A DNA stretch of 63,920 nucleotides, counting the filler, from Halocafeteria seosinensis (taxonomy: Eukaryota): NCBI GenBank assembly GCA_001687465.1. It is 4 parts of 4 records of this genome, joined end to end, with 100 filler letters (N's around TTAATTAATTAA, not from the genome) between each part and the next. Parts side by side here need not be neighbours in the genome. Positions count along the whole stretch, not along the records: positions 28,859 to 59,200 come from LVLI01000104.1; 3 more parts are not named here. The stretch is one strand, 5' to 3'. The notes beneath the pieces were generated by a model, which saw only the letters and a list, made by a program, of their open reading frames with translations, searched no databases and was not told the origin of the DNA. The position numbers were made by a program, and so were the translations under genes. Shown here piece by piece: positions 38,032 through 50,419 of the stretch; position 1 is the first letter of the stretch; every line of letters starts with the position of its first letter.

Positions 38032-39339
38032 ACCACCCACACACCCGAATACACACATTCAAGAAAATGACATTGCACAAGTAACAAAGGTGGCTTTTCG
38101 TTCGAAGCCCATACAAATTGTAGTGATATCACGGACGTTTTATTGAAGCTACTATATGCGGCCAACGTACGAAATAGCCGTTCCAATTGTTTACGCGCTG
38201 CCAGCGGTGCTGGTGACCCCTCGAGAAGCCTCAACCACTTGCTGCCAGCATTCGGCGATTCTGTACGAAGTAAACGTCTCCCGGAAAGTGCTCCATCCGA
38301 TCCGTTCAACACGCACTTACCAGATAGAATGATCCCCGAAGGTTAGACGAGTTGCCTCTGCTTTCTTGTAAAATGGAATAAGACTTGACTCCAACTCCGG
38401 TGCTCGCGAGCAGAATTACCGGCTCTTTCCCTTTCCCTGATTCTTAAAAGCATCATGACGAGCAAATCGCTACAAAAAAAAAATTCAGGGTGCATTTTTG
38501 GTACTCTTTATTGATGTCTTCTACACCACCAGACCTCTGGGATGGGGCGGTCAACGTGTAAGAGCCAGATAAACAGTTCCGTTCTTCCGAAGGATCCCGC
38601 AGCGGCTCGCCGATTCTGTCGCAACGAGAGATATGCTGCTATCTATGAAACCATATAGGTTTGTCCGTGTTTCCGCAGCAACAAGACTGTGTGTGTATTA
38701 CTGAATATTCAACGTATCGACCGGACTTCCTTCGAGACCTGCAAGAATAACCGGTTCTGCCGGATCGCATCGGGGGATTGAACCTGAGCCGAACGCTTCT
38801 ATTTAGCCGAAAGCAACAGAAACCAACCCCATACCCCCTTGGGTGGTTTCGGCGCCTCTCCCTCCTAAGGAGACCGACAGTGCACGCGTCGCTGGCACAA
38901 TAGGATCGTGCTGTTGCACGACATGGAGGAGCCAGGTAAGCATTGACTAAAAGAGCAGAATGTCCTCAGGGGGAGCTTCAAGGGGAATTGAATGGGATGC
39001 GGCGGGTTTCTCGGCCGTCGTGAGGGCCTAAAGCGAGGCCCTCGCGCCGATGTGCATGGTCGAAGATGGGAATGGTGCATACGTTTTGTCCATTCAGGAC
39101 GCTCTGGTCCTTTGTAGGGCTTAAGTGAAGCATGGAGAGAAAAGGCTGCATGAAGCATCGGTCGCAGGTTGCGATGCGCATGCAGGGTTGACTCATGCCG
39201 TTGGATCTACGAGTGTTTGCGTCGTCCGCCATCTCTTGTTCTTCAAAGCTATCCCTCTGGATTTGCTGTTGATGCGCAGAGAAAATAGATCCTGTTATGG
39301 GGTCTCCGAGCAACCACAGTGGTTCATGGCCGGATAAAA

Positions 39340-41054
39340 ATGAGAGCGAACGGGGATTGTTCGATCCGCCTATGCTACCTCTGTCTTCCACGAGCAATGA
39401 ACCATCGCCTCAAGACTGCTCAGCCTACGTGGTAAGTGGAGATTAGCATATGACAACCGGGATTGTGCAGTCATGGAGGAATCATCTGCGCTTGCAGACT
39501 AGGCACGTGCATCATCAGTTTCCCGGATTTCGCCTCGACAGTGGTTCTGCGAGCCCGAACCCTGGTTCGAGAAGATTCATCTCCCCAGCGTATGGAAGGA
39601 CAACACAAGAAGAGACGACTCCGGTCTCCCGTAGTGCACGGAACAGTGCTGCATCCTTGGGCGGCATTCCGAATCTGCATGGTACGCCTGCATGCCCTTT
39701 GCGCAAGACGAACAATTTGGGTTGATAATGTTTCGGAACACTGTCACCGCAGACTTTGACGTTTTCGATGAAGCGAAAAGATTCAGAAGAAATTCGATGG
39801 CTGAACAAACTTTTGGGAACGTAAGTAATCGCTGTACTTTCATTCAGATGGCAGCAGTTATTGATGTTCACTGTCACCCGCATGGCAGCCCGGAAGATCT
39901 CGCCGCAACAGCAGCGGTAGAGGGAGTCCTAAGAGGAGACGATCCTCTGGGAAAAGATATGAAGCAGTGGAAAGGAGATATTCCAACATGTCAAGAGACG
40001 ATGACACACTTCAGCGTATTCAACAGGAACAGCAGTCGAAGCCGGGGGTATGTGCACTGTTAAAGAGGATTTTCTGCTTATTGCCCGAAACACGAGATAC
40101 GGTAAGTCTTGTGGATGTGCGGAGCTAAGAACCAAGCTGTACCAGGTTCTTTAATAAATAATGATATTCAGAAAATATTTCCGAGCAACGAAGAGAACGG
40201 GTCACCAAAACCGCCTAGACCAGTACGTATTTCATTGAATCAACCCGGAACGGTACCTGTGTGTATGCCTTCCTTCTGGGGCTTCCCATCTACAGAGACG
40301 GCATTCTGCGATAACTGAGATCTTGCCTTTTCAAGGGGAAGAAGACGAAGGGAAGCCGGTTCTGCTCTTGGGACTGGAAGGGACATTGGTGCACAGTTCA
40401 CTAAAAGAGGTACGCGGACTGTGTTTGTACTATGTGGTCGCATGTTTACTCATGTTACTGCTCCTGCAGCCTGCTGGAAAATACGATCTTTGCGTCCCTT
40501 TTTCCTTTATGGGAAGGAGTTACCAGGCGTACGTGCAAATTCGTCCTCATGCTGAAACGCTCCTTTCCAAATTAAAGAGGAAGTATGAAATCGTCATCTT
40601 TACGGACAACCTAAAAGTATACGCAAACCAGGTAATTGACAGATTAAATGCGTCGAAGTCGATACGGTGGAGACTGTTTCGAGATTCCTGCTCTTACTGC
40701 GAAGGAAAATATGTCAAGGACCTCCGCTACCTAGGACGAGACCTGTCTCAGACGATTTTGATTGACTGTAGTCCTAGTAGTTACAGGTTTCAGCCTGAAA
40801 ACAGCCTTCCTTGCAGTACATTTCGCGGTAGCCCCTCTGACGAAGAATTTAAGTCCATTTGTACTTTTCTGCAAAGCATTCACCGAGGCGTTGACGATGT
40901 GAGACCGCTACTAAGAACGTGGACCCAGCAGAATTTCATGCAATGGAAAAATGAGCATTCTACATCAACTGAGAGTAGAGATGCAGAAGATCGCGTTCAT
41001 CTACGTCCTACAGTTTCTCACGAATCAGCGGAACCTGGTGCAGAGCAAGGATGA
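39340..41054 (+). CDS. CTD small phosphatase (SCP/NIF, HAD)-like protein with a degenerate active site; start uncertain
   Basis: LLLGLEGTLVHS, YVQIRPH, YEIVIFT, RLFRDSC, YVKDLRYLGRDL, IDCSP. Confidence 0.8.
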
Positions 41055-42022
41055 ACGCGTGCGTTCCATGTAGTTATGCCTGAACTATTAGCATGCGGAG
41101 TCTGGGTATCAAGTGCAGTGGGGACTAAGTTTGGTGGCGTGGATAGAGTACTTAAATTTTTAAGGAACTTCGCGCCCAGATCAAGGAAGAACCGTTGCTA
41201 GATATGACATTGCAATCCAAGAAAGGAGTAGAGAGCTCGGTGGAGGCTCACGTCGTAGCAATTTGTTTCATTTGTGGTCTATGGCGACTTCCAGCTTTCC
41301 GTCCCTGATGTCGTTCTGTAAAGACATTGAGACTTCAGACGGTTGTTATGCGTACCTTTTTAGCAATTGCATACCCCGACTATTTATGCTTCAGCTTGGT
41401 CTCTTCTGCGTCTGAACTCTGTTGGTTAGCAGTTGCAGCAAGTGCAGTGTAGTGGCTAAAGTTGCACAAAATTCATATTGTACAGTGTAGTCATGTGTAT
41501 ATTCAGTCGCTTTGGAAACAATGGCACAATGTATGGTATGTAGATCTGCATTACCGCGGTATCACTGTATTGTAACCATTGCCTTATGAGCTCCCTACTT
41601 CTCTGGCTCCGCATCGAAGCGGTATGTACTTGCGGACATACATACATGTACAACAGTAGTTGAGACTGCATTTTCGTATACTGTAGATATAAATAACCCA
41701 GGGCAACTTTGTTCGTGCGATCCCACAAGCTGGGGAGTGCATTAGAGTGTTTCCTACCGCGTAATATTCCAGTGCACATGTTACACCAGACCCCACTGCG
41801 AGATGCTCCAGGGAATCGAATGGGGGTCCCAACGAGTTGGAAACGACACTGGCACGTGCGCACTGCGCAACAACCTCAAGTTGAAGTATTTGTGAAGTAG
41901 TTGCAACAAGCCGTTAAGGAAGATGAAGAATTCATAGATCGTTTGGAGGCTTTATTAAGCGCTTGGGTGTGTCTTTTACACTTTTTCTGCGACAATCTGA
42001 AGCATTCAAGTACAAAGATACG

Positions 42023-43006
42023 ATGGCTTACTATGCGAGCGCCTCCTACTGGGAGGAAAGATACAAAAAGTACGTCCGAAAGAGTTCCTTTCAAATGTTG
42101 GATTCTTCTCCCGAGGGATGGCGGGTTCCCTTGGCGTCCCCCGGCCGCCGAATAAGGACCTTTTTTGTAGCCTTCCTGGGGGAGAGTTCTCCCTGAGGGC
42201 GCTTATATGGGTTTAATGCACTATTATGGTGTATTGGACGTGTGATTCTTGCAGGGACCCCGAGCCGTTTGATTGGTATCAAAGATACGCTGGAATCAAG
42301 GACCTTGTCCACCAATACATCAAGGAACATGACCATATGCTGATGCTCGGGTGTGGGAATTCCAGATTGACAGAGGAAATGTATGATGATGGTAAGTGTC
42401 CATAATAATTGCAATTTGGGTTTTGGGAACGAAGAAGAACTCTGTAGGATCTTCGTTGCTGATCGCGCATTTCATCATGCTCGTGGACTACGATGGCTGC
42501 AGGATATAAATCCATTGTGAATATTGACTATTCTAGTGGAGTCATTAAAGCAATGCAAGAAAAGTACAACGATTACACAGGTCTACAATGTGAGTAGATG
42601 GTGTTAGCACATTGATTGGTCGCCTTCCTGTTCTTATCTCCCATCGAGGGTTGAATGTACAGGGCATACCATGGATGTGACGTCTTTGGACTTCCCTGAC
42701 GCAAACTTTGACGCCATTGTTGATAAAGCCACTATGGACTGCCTACTTTGTGGCGAGGAGAGTACCACTAACGTGTCTAAAATGCTAACTGAGGTATCTC
42801 GAGTATTGAAGCCGGAAGGAGCATTCATTGTCATCACCTACGGCACTCCAGAAAACCGTTTATCTTACCTTGAACAAGAAGAATACCAGTGGTCAGTATC
42901 CGTTCATACAGTAGCTAAGCCGGACGTAGGAGCTGCTGCCATTACAGAATCGTCAGATGGATCCGGCGTACACTACATCTATGTATGCAAGAAGAAGGCG
43001 TCCTAA
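42023..43006 (+). CDS. Class I SAM methyltransferase, EEF1AKMT4/METTL13 N-domain-like
   Basis: YWEERY, FDWYQRY, LMLGCGNSRL, NIDYS, MDVT..FDAIVDKATMD. Confidence 0.88.
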
Positions 43007-43462
43007 GCTTGGCACTAAGGATGATGTAATTGAATGTTATGCTGGTCCGTGAAGGATAACAGCTCGTTTCCGGCTTACACAGTAGTTAGCTGAGGTAGTT
43101 ACATAGTTCTTGTCTGCCTGTAACCTATTCCATATTTTATGGTGTTGAATGGATTTCGCAACTACCCTGAGCAACAAGTACGCAAAAATCTTGTTTTCTC
43201 TATATTTAGGACAGACTCGGTACGATTTTCACTCGAATGTTGAAGTGAATCGATCAAACAAGGAATGTATCATATCATACAATGCCATGTATGGAACTCA
43301 ATACTGAATGGCCCATTTACCAAGTGGGAACAAGGAACACCCACCTTCCTGATCGCATACAATGATGATTATTTGTGTTTGTTGCCTGGATTATAACATG
43401 TACACATTGTTACCTCTATAGATGTACTTATCGGAATATTAAACGTAGAATAGTGCTGAAAA

Positions 43463-45281
43463 ATGCTTTCTAAAGTGGTCCGAGCTTCCAGCTGGAGGGG
43501 TCTTTCCTCCTCGTTTCCCACTCGTATGATGTTTGTACGTCCTTCTCCCCGTGCCCAGATACTTTACACAACATGTATATCTATTATCGAGTGTCGTGTG
43601 TATGCCGTGCAGCGCGCAGGAGGAGCAATGAACGTGAAACACTTTGCGGCAGCGGCAGGGGAATCGTCCCTCCAGGTACGTGGGGAGGAAGCGAAGCCTT
43701 AATATACACGGTCGGTCATTGTGTATTTTGACTGCGCAGGTGACAAAGCTCTACGAGCTTCACGAGCGAAATGAAGCCAAAGTATGTGCCATGTAGTTTG
43801 TTGTTTTTGTCAGTTATCGAACTTGGGAATTGTATTTATTTATTGATTGCAGTTTACGGATTTTGCCGGATACTTGATGCCTGTGCAATACAAAAGCATG
43901 GGAATCAAACAAGAGCACCTTCATACTCGCGAGAAAGCGTCCTTCTTTGACGTTAGTCACATGGGCCAAGTGCGCTTCAAAGGCAAAGATGCTGCAAAGT
44001 TCTTGGAATCCGTGACCACTGGCAATTTCCAAAACTGTCCAGAGGTAAGTCGTTGATGGATTCTGGAGATGTGTGATACGATCTTCCAGAAATGTCATCA
44101 TTTCTCTGCAGGGTGAAGGAAGATACACACTGATTACCAACGACAAAGGAGGGATAGTGGACGATGGAATTATTACCAACGTAGGCGAGTACTTGTAAGT
44201 TCTATCCACGGCAGCCTGGATGAAACGTGTGTTTGTATGAAACCATCTTACGGAATCGCAGTAACTTCGTTATCAACGCCGGGAGGAAGGATGAAGACTT
44301 GCGGCACTTGGGTAATAAGCTCAGCGAATTCAGGATGAAAGGTGGCGATGCCACCTTTGAGCATTTAGAAGAGCAACAGCTCATTGCTCTTCAGGGGCCT
44401 GAGGCTATGAACATTCTGCAGCAATTTCTTCCTTCAGATGATCTATCGCAGATGCCCTTCATGACTGGAAAACATATGCCGGTAAGCATCCTTCTCGTGT
44501 AGAATAATCATGCTGACATATCCTTCACTCTCTATGCTTCCTCTTACCGCAGTTCGATTGTGGTCACACGCTAGCCGAATTGCTCGTTGTGCGCTGTGGG
44601 TATACGGGAGAAGATGGGTTTGAGATAAGCATCCCTCCGGAACACGTAGAGACTGTCGTCAGCCGCCTAGCAACAGATGAGCGATTGAAACCTGCAGGCT
44701 TAGGCGCTCGGGACAGGTAAGCAGTGTGTGCTTCTGCCCTGACTTCTCTTAAACATGGTGATCACCTAGTGTTTGGCTTCTGCTATCAGTTTGAGACTCG
44801 AAGCCGGTCTGTGTCTTTATGGTAACGATATCACTGAGCAAACAACCCCGGTCGAAGCCGGCTTGATTTTTGCTATCGGTAAGTGTTCCTTTAAGCTGGG
44901 ATCAATCTCCATGCTGAAAAATCTCTGCAATGCGATTGTACAGCGAAGGACCGCCGCGATGTTGGGGGTTTCCCGGGATTCGAGGTGATCAACGAGCAGA
45001 GGCAGAATAAAAGCTGGCAGCGGAAGCGGGTTGGTTTGACTGTTAAAGGAGCCCCCGCAAGAGAAGGAACTGTAGTGTTTGATCCTGAAAGTGGAGAACA
45101 AATTGGCGAAGTGACGAGTGGCAGCTTTGGTCCGTCCGTGAATAAGCCAATCGCTATGGCATACTTGAAGAAAGGGTTCACCAAAGTGGATACCGAAGTC
45201 GAGGTGGAAGTTCGAGGGAAGAGAAATAAAGCGGTGGTGACGAAAATGCCCTTCGTTCAACACAAATACTATAAGCCGTAA
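43463..45281 (+). CDS. AMT: Glycine cleavage system T protein (aminomethyltransferase), mitochondrial
   Basis: [59 protein letters not shown]; transit-peptide-like N-terminus. Confidence 0.95.
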
Positions 45282-45377
45282 ACCGGTTGAAACTATAAAT
45301 TTCAATGTTGGGTGTGTACTGCTCGCACTGGGTAGTTCTTGTGTTTCTTTTATTGGATTAGTACAAATAACACTGAT

Positions 45378-47105
45378 TTATCTACCACCTTTTTGCGAGT
45401 TTTTGCTTTTTACTGACATACGGATGTCACAATAGGTCTTGAGAACATCCTCTAGTTGATGGTTAGGCAATACGGTGGCCGTCCCGTAAATACCTGCAGT
45501 GCCCTCCGCCTTGGTATTGGGATTCTGTCTAACTGTCTCAACGGCCTCCTTGAGATCTTGGATCCACTCTTCTTTAATGTTGGAGGTTGTTTCTGCAATG
45601 CATATGTGGGCTGCAGGAGGAAGCTGTAGAGGATTTACAGACCAACCTTTCTTCGTCATTTCGCTGGTAATCGTGTAGATATCTAGGGTGTCACTGGTGA
45701 AGCTGACAATGCTGGCATCACAGTCTGTGATTGTTCGAAGATCAGGAATCTTGTTAATTTCTCGACAGAGCCAAGTGTGAGTGTCATGAATGTGTCGAGC
45801 AACGTTCTGATACCCCTGTTTACCGAGGTGCATCATAGTACCCCAAGCGGCTGCCATGAGTGCTCCCGACCTCGCTCCTTGAATAGTCGATGTGACGTAG
45901 AACCCACCTGCCCAGTCTGTGATCCCATGAATTGTAGCTCTCCTGTACGCATTATCCCGGAAAACTACGAAGGATGCTCCTTTGGAAGCGAGGCCGTACT
46001 TGTGCCCGTCACATGAAATTGATGTAACGCCAGGGACCTCGAAGTCGAAGTTCCTCTCAGGCGGGAGGAGTCCAAGTTGTTTCAGCGGGGAAAGAAGAAA
46101 GCCACCAAGACAGTTATCCACATGAAGCGGGACATTATGTTTTACAGCTAGGTTTCCTAACGCGGGAATCGGATCAATGACACCGTGGGGGAAGGTTGGA
46201 GCAGAAGCAAAAATTGCTATGGTGTTCTTGGTGATATGCGGTTCAACATCCTCTGGATGAAGGCGCAAGTCGCCCTTGAGATCCACTTTCTTCAGTTTGA
46301 TGCCTAAGTAGCCACAAGATTTGTCTATGGCGGGATGAGCGGCCGCGTTACAGATGATTTCCGGTGAGTAGTTACCATACTGAGTGCGCGCGTGGTTCCG
46401 ATAACCAAGGGTCGCCAAAAGGATTGATTCCGTACCTCCAGATGTGAATAGGCCTGCACTATTTGCGTCTCCATTGAGCATAGTTTTTACCATGTGAATC
46501 ATTTCAGCTTCGAACTTGCGCACAGCCGGAAACACTCCAGGATAAAGTGCATTGGTGCAATTGTAGGTCGCCAGCAACTCGTTTTGAAGATTGGTAAGAA
46601 TTCCACCTGTATCCGCGGCCGCCAACTATATAACCAATAATACGATATGTGCTGCAATGTCGATAAACATACCATCTGCATGATAGATCCCGCCGAATTT
46701 CTTGCCCTGGTTTTCCCCGTCATCTCGTTCCTTGAGTTCTTTGGCTTTACCAAGCACTTCGGAATACGGTATTCCCGTGTCCGGAAGTTCAAAGTTCGCT
46801 TCAGGATCACCTTCACCCAGTAAATCTTGCTCAAGTTGATCGAAAGTTTTCTGTTCCTCGGCTTCCACCACTCCTCGTAATCCAGGAACTGCTTTGGCTC
46901 CCGCAATTAAACTTCCCACAGTGCTCTTCACAATTTGTCGTGGACCCATTCGGTACAATTTATACGTCGCTCCGCCCACCACCAGCAATGCGAGGGCGTG
47001 TTCGACCTGCCGGGCGGCGATCGAATCGGGGGGACAGCCTAAATGCCTGAGAATTCTGGAAAAGGAAGCGTAAGACTGGTTGGGTAACCCACTGGAGGAC
47101 GACAT
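45378..47105 (-). CDS. SGPL1: Sphingosine-1-phosphate lyase, copy 1 (two exons)
   Basis: N-terminal TM; TSGGTESI, FPHGVIDPI, HVDNCLGGF, SISCDGHKYG. Confidence 0.9.
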
Positions 47106-47322
47106 TGTTACGTATTTTGGGTGTCACTGCCGTCGGGAAGCAAACCACAGGACTAAAAGTAGGACTTTAAACAAACTGGAAATTTCAAGGAATATCTGCA
47201 CAATGCTGAGATGTAGTAAATTGTATAATTACATGTGTATACCAAGGTGGCGGCTAAATAACTTAGCCGCCGTACTCCAAGGCTGCTTCAGTGAACCTTG
47301 AACTTGTTGATGGTGGTACCAG

Positions 47323-49078
47323 TTAAGAGTTCTTGGCCTTCACTTTAACCCGAATGTCACAATACGTCTTCAGGACATCTTCAAGCTGGCTGTTCGGTAA
47401 TACAGCTGCAGTGCCATAAATACCGGCGGTGCCCTCTGCTTTTACATCGGGATTTTGCCGAACTGTTTCAACGCAATTCTTAAGATCCCGAATCCAATCA
47501 TCCTTGATATTCGTAGTGGTTTCCCCTATACAGATATGCGCCGCAGGTGGAAGTTGCAACGCAGTTACACTCCAACCCTTCTTGGTCATTTCGCTGGCGA
47601 TTCTGTAGATATCTAGCGTGTCACTGGTGAAACTAACGATACTCGCATCGCAATCGGTGATTGTTCGAAGATCAGGAATCTTATTGATCTCGTTGACGAA
47701 CCATTTGTGAGTATCCTGCATGTGAACAGCAACGTTTTGGTATCCTTCTTTACCGAGATGCATCATGGTAGCCCAGGCTGCAGCCATAACAGCCCCCGAC
47801 CTAGATCCTTGTACGGTCGACGTAACATAGAAACCTCCGGCCCAATTAGTTATTCCATGAATTGTAGCCCTGCGGTACACATTGTCTCGAAACAGCACGA
47901 ACGATGCACCTTTTGTCGCTAAGCCGTATTTGTGTCCGTCACAGGAAATTGAAGTCACTCCCGGCACCTCGAAATCGAAGTTCTTTTCTGGTGGTATAAG
48001 ACCCAGTTCTTTGAGGGGTGAAAGAAGGAAACCTCCCAGGCAGTTATCCACATGCAGAGGCACTTTATACTTCAAGGCTAATTGGCCCAAGGCAGGAATT
48101 GGGTCGATCACGCCGTGAGGGAATGTCGGAGCGGATGAATATATGGCAATGGTGTTCCTGTTGATGTACGGTTCTACTTCCTCGGGATGAAGCCTCATAT
48201 CACCTTTAAGATCCAATTTCACTACTTTCACGTCCAAATAGCCACATGCCTTATCCAAGGCTGGGTGGGCGGCAGCGTTGCATATGATTTCCGGAGTAAA
48301 GTTCCCATACTGAGTGCGGGCGTAATTCCGGTATGCAAGAACCGCCAGGAAAATGGACTCGGTCCCTCCAGAAGTATATAGCCCCACACTGTCAGCATTC
48401 CCATGTAACATAGTCTTCACCATGGTAATCATTTCGGCCTCAAACTTCCGAATAGCCGGGAATACTCCAGGATAGAGGGCATTGGTGCAGTTGTACATTG
48501 CAAGCAACTCATTTTGGAGCCGAGTCAGGATCCCACCTGCGTGAACAACGAGTGCAACCATTGAAAACGCTGCTAAGAAGAAAAGGAAAAACAAGAAGAT
48601 GATATCTGAGTTTACATACCATCCACGTGATAGATTCCTCCCCATTTCTTGCCCCCATTGTTGTCATCGTCTCGCTCCTTCAGTTCCTTCGCTTTTTTGA
48701 TCAATTCATCATAGGAGACACCTTTTATCGGGAGCTCAAAGTTGGCATCAGGATCTCCATCTCCCAGGAGATCCTGCTCCAATTCATCAAAGGTTTTCTG
48801 CTCTTCGGCCTCGACAACATTTTTAAGCCCCGGAACCACTTTGGCCACTCCAATCACACTTCCTACGACGCTCTTCACAAAGTTTCGAGGGCCACTGGCG
48901 CCCATTTTGTACAGCTTGTACGATGCTCCTCCCAGAGCTAAGAGCACATAAATATGCTCTAAACGTCTGATTGTGGTAGAATCAGGAGGAGACGCTAGAC
49001 ACTGCAAAGAGCTCCATAATGAGCAAACCCCTGTCGGCAGACGCTCCCAATTTCCCGTGGAAGTAGAGGGTTCCAGCA
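47323..49078 (-). CDS. SGPL1: Sphingosine-1-phosphate lyase, copy 2 (two exons)
   Basis: Same motifs and same intron position (after GGIYHxD) as copy 1. Confidence 0.9.
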
Positions 49079-50419
49079 TATTTGCTACCTCTCTCTCTCT
49101 CTCTCCAAGAGACCAACAGGCGTTCACAAACTGTAGCTTGAATTGAATAAATGAGAAGCAACAAAACCTCTGGGGGATGCGAAATACAAATATTTAAGGG
49201 TATTATGGCGGCTATTCTCTGTAGCCGCACCGCCTGTTGCCCCGAGGGACACGGACACGGGAAAAAGAGTTCAAGAAGGGAATCTAACCAAAAATGGCAT
49301 TTACATAGTTTTTCGTACTCGTTAACTGAGAATGTGATTGCTAGTTCCACGTTGGCGAAGGAAGGGCAACACAGAGTGATTTGACGTAAAATTCCACCTG
49401 AATTGGAATTCCAGTTCATCCCAGACCAGAAACAGCAGAACGATAAGTCGACATACCGTCGGACAGGCAAGGATTGAGCTATCACTGTGCTGTCTGCGAT
49501 TATCAAAAATGTTTATTTAGATGGGCTGCTGGTTTCGCCTAGGTGTCGGTGAAAGAAGCCACTGAGTACCCGGATGTCAGCGAACCCCCGTACTCACTGG
49601 AATGGGAACGTCTAGCTGCTCTTGATCACCACGAGGACCACAAACTGCGATGAGCATGACCCCTACCAACAGCAGTATCCATCCCAAAGTGATCGAAGAT
49701 GATCTATGCTTTGGGGCTAGTGCCATGGTAATTAATTGGGCTGTTAGCTTTACGGTAAACACAAGTTGGTTATGCTGCACTGGACGGGTATAGCCTACGT
49801 CTCACAACAAATCTTACGCTAGGATAAATACAAATACATACGCTTTATTCTGATATGTACTTCACGCACACAGTTCACGTGACAAGAATATATCACGTGC
49901 GTGTGCGGTGTGTCGGATGTTCAGACAGAAGCAGCTCCATCAGCGTACCGTAGCGTCTCTTGCTATAAACATGTAGCTTGGACAGCGAATCGTCCCCATT
50001 CCGCAAGTTGGCATGGTCCATCAAGATGACCTGCTGCTATCGTTTTCGGTCTTTCGCGCAAGTCCCAACTGTTCAGATTGTCACTTGTGAAGCTGCACCC
50101 GCGCGCCAAATCGTAGACACCACCATAATGTACGCATGAGTTGTTAGCTGATGTAAGCAGTGCCTTGTAGTAAGCTCAGATATTAATTGGATATCCTCAA
50201 ACAAATACCTGTACTTGAAAGTGCAAGAGTCTGAATGAATAGATCCTGGACGAAGTTGGAATTCAAAGAATAACGCGCGCGCAAACCCATTTTACCTCCC
50301 CGGCTCTATTGCACGCGATAGGCGCTGTACCATAGGATTAGGCACCCTGTCCGGCTAGTCTAAACACAGGGAAACAAGTGAGCTTGGAGTTGATCGAAAG
50401 TGTTATCGTCTAGGAGGAG

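Noticed and set aside
48982..49780. Short ORFs with a TM-like segment upstream of SGPL1 copy 2
   Set aside because: Interrupted by stops and no motif; at most a gene relic.
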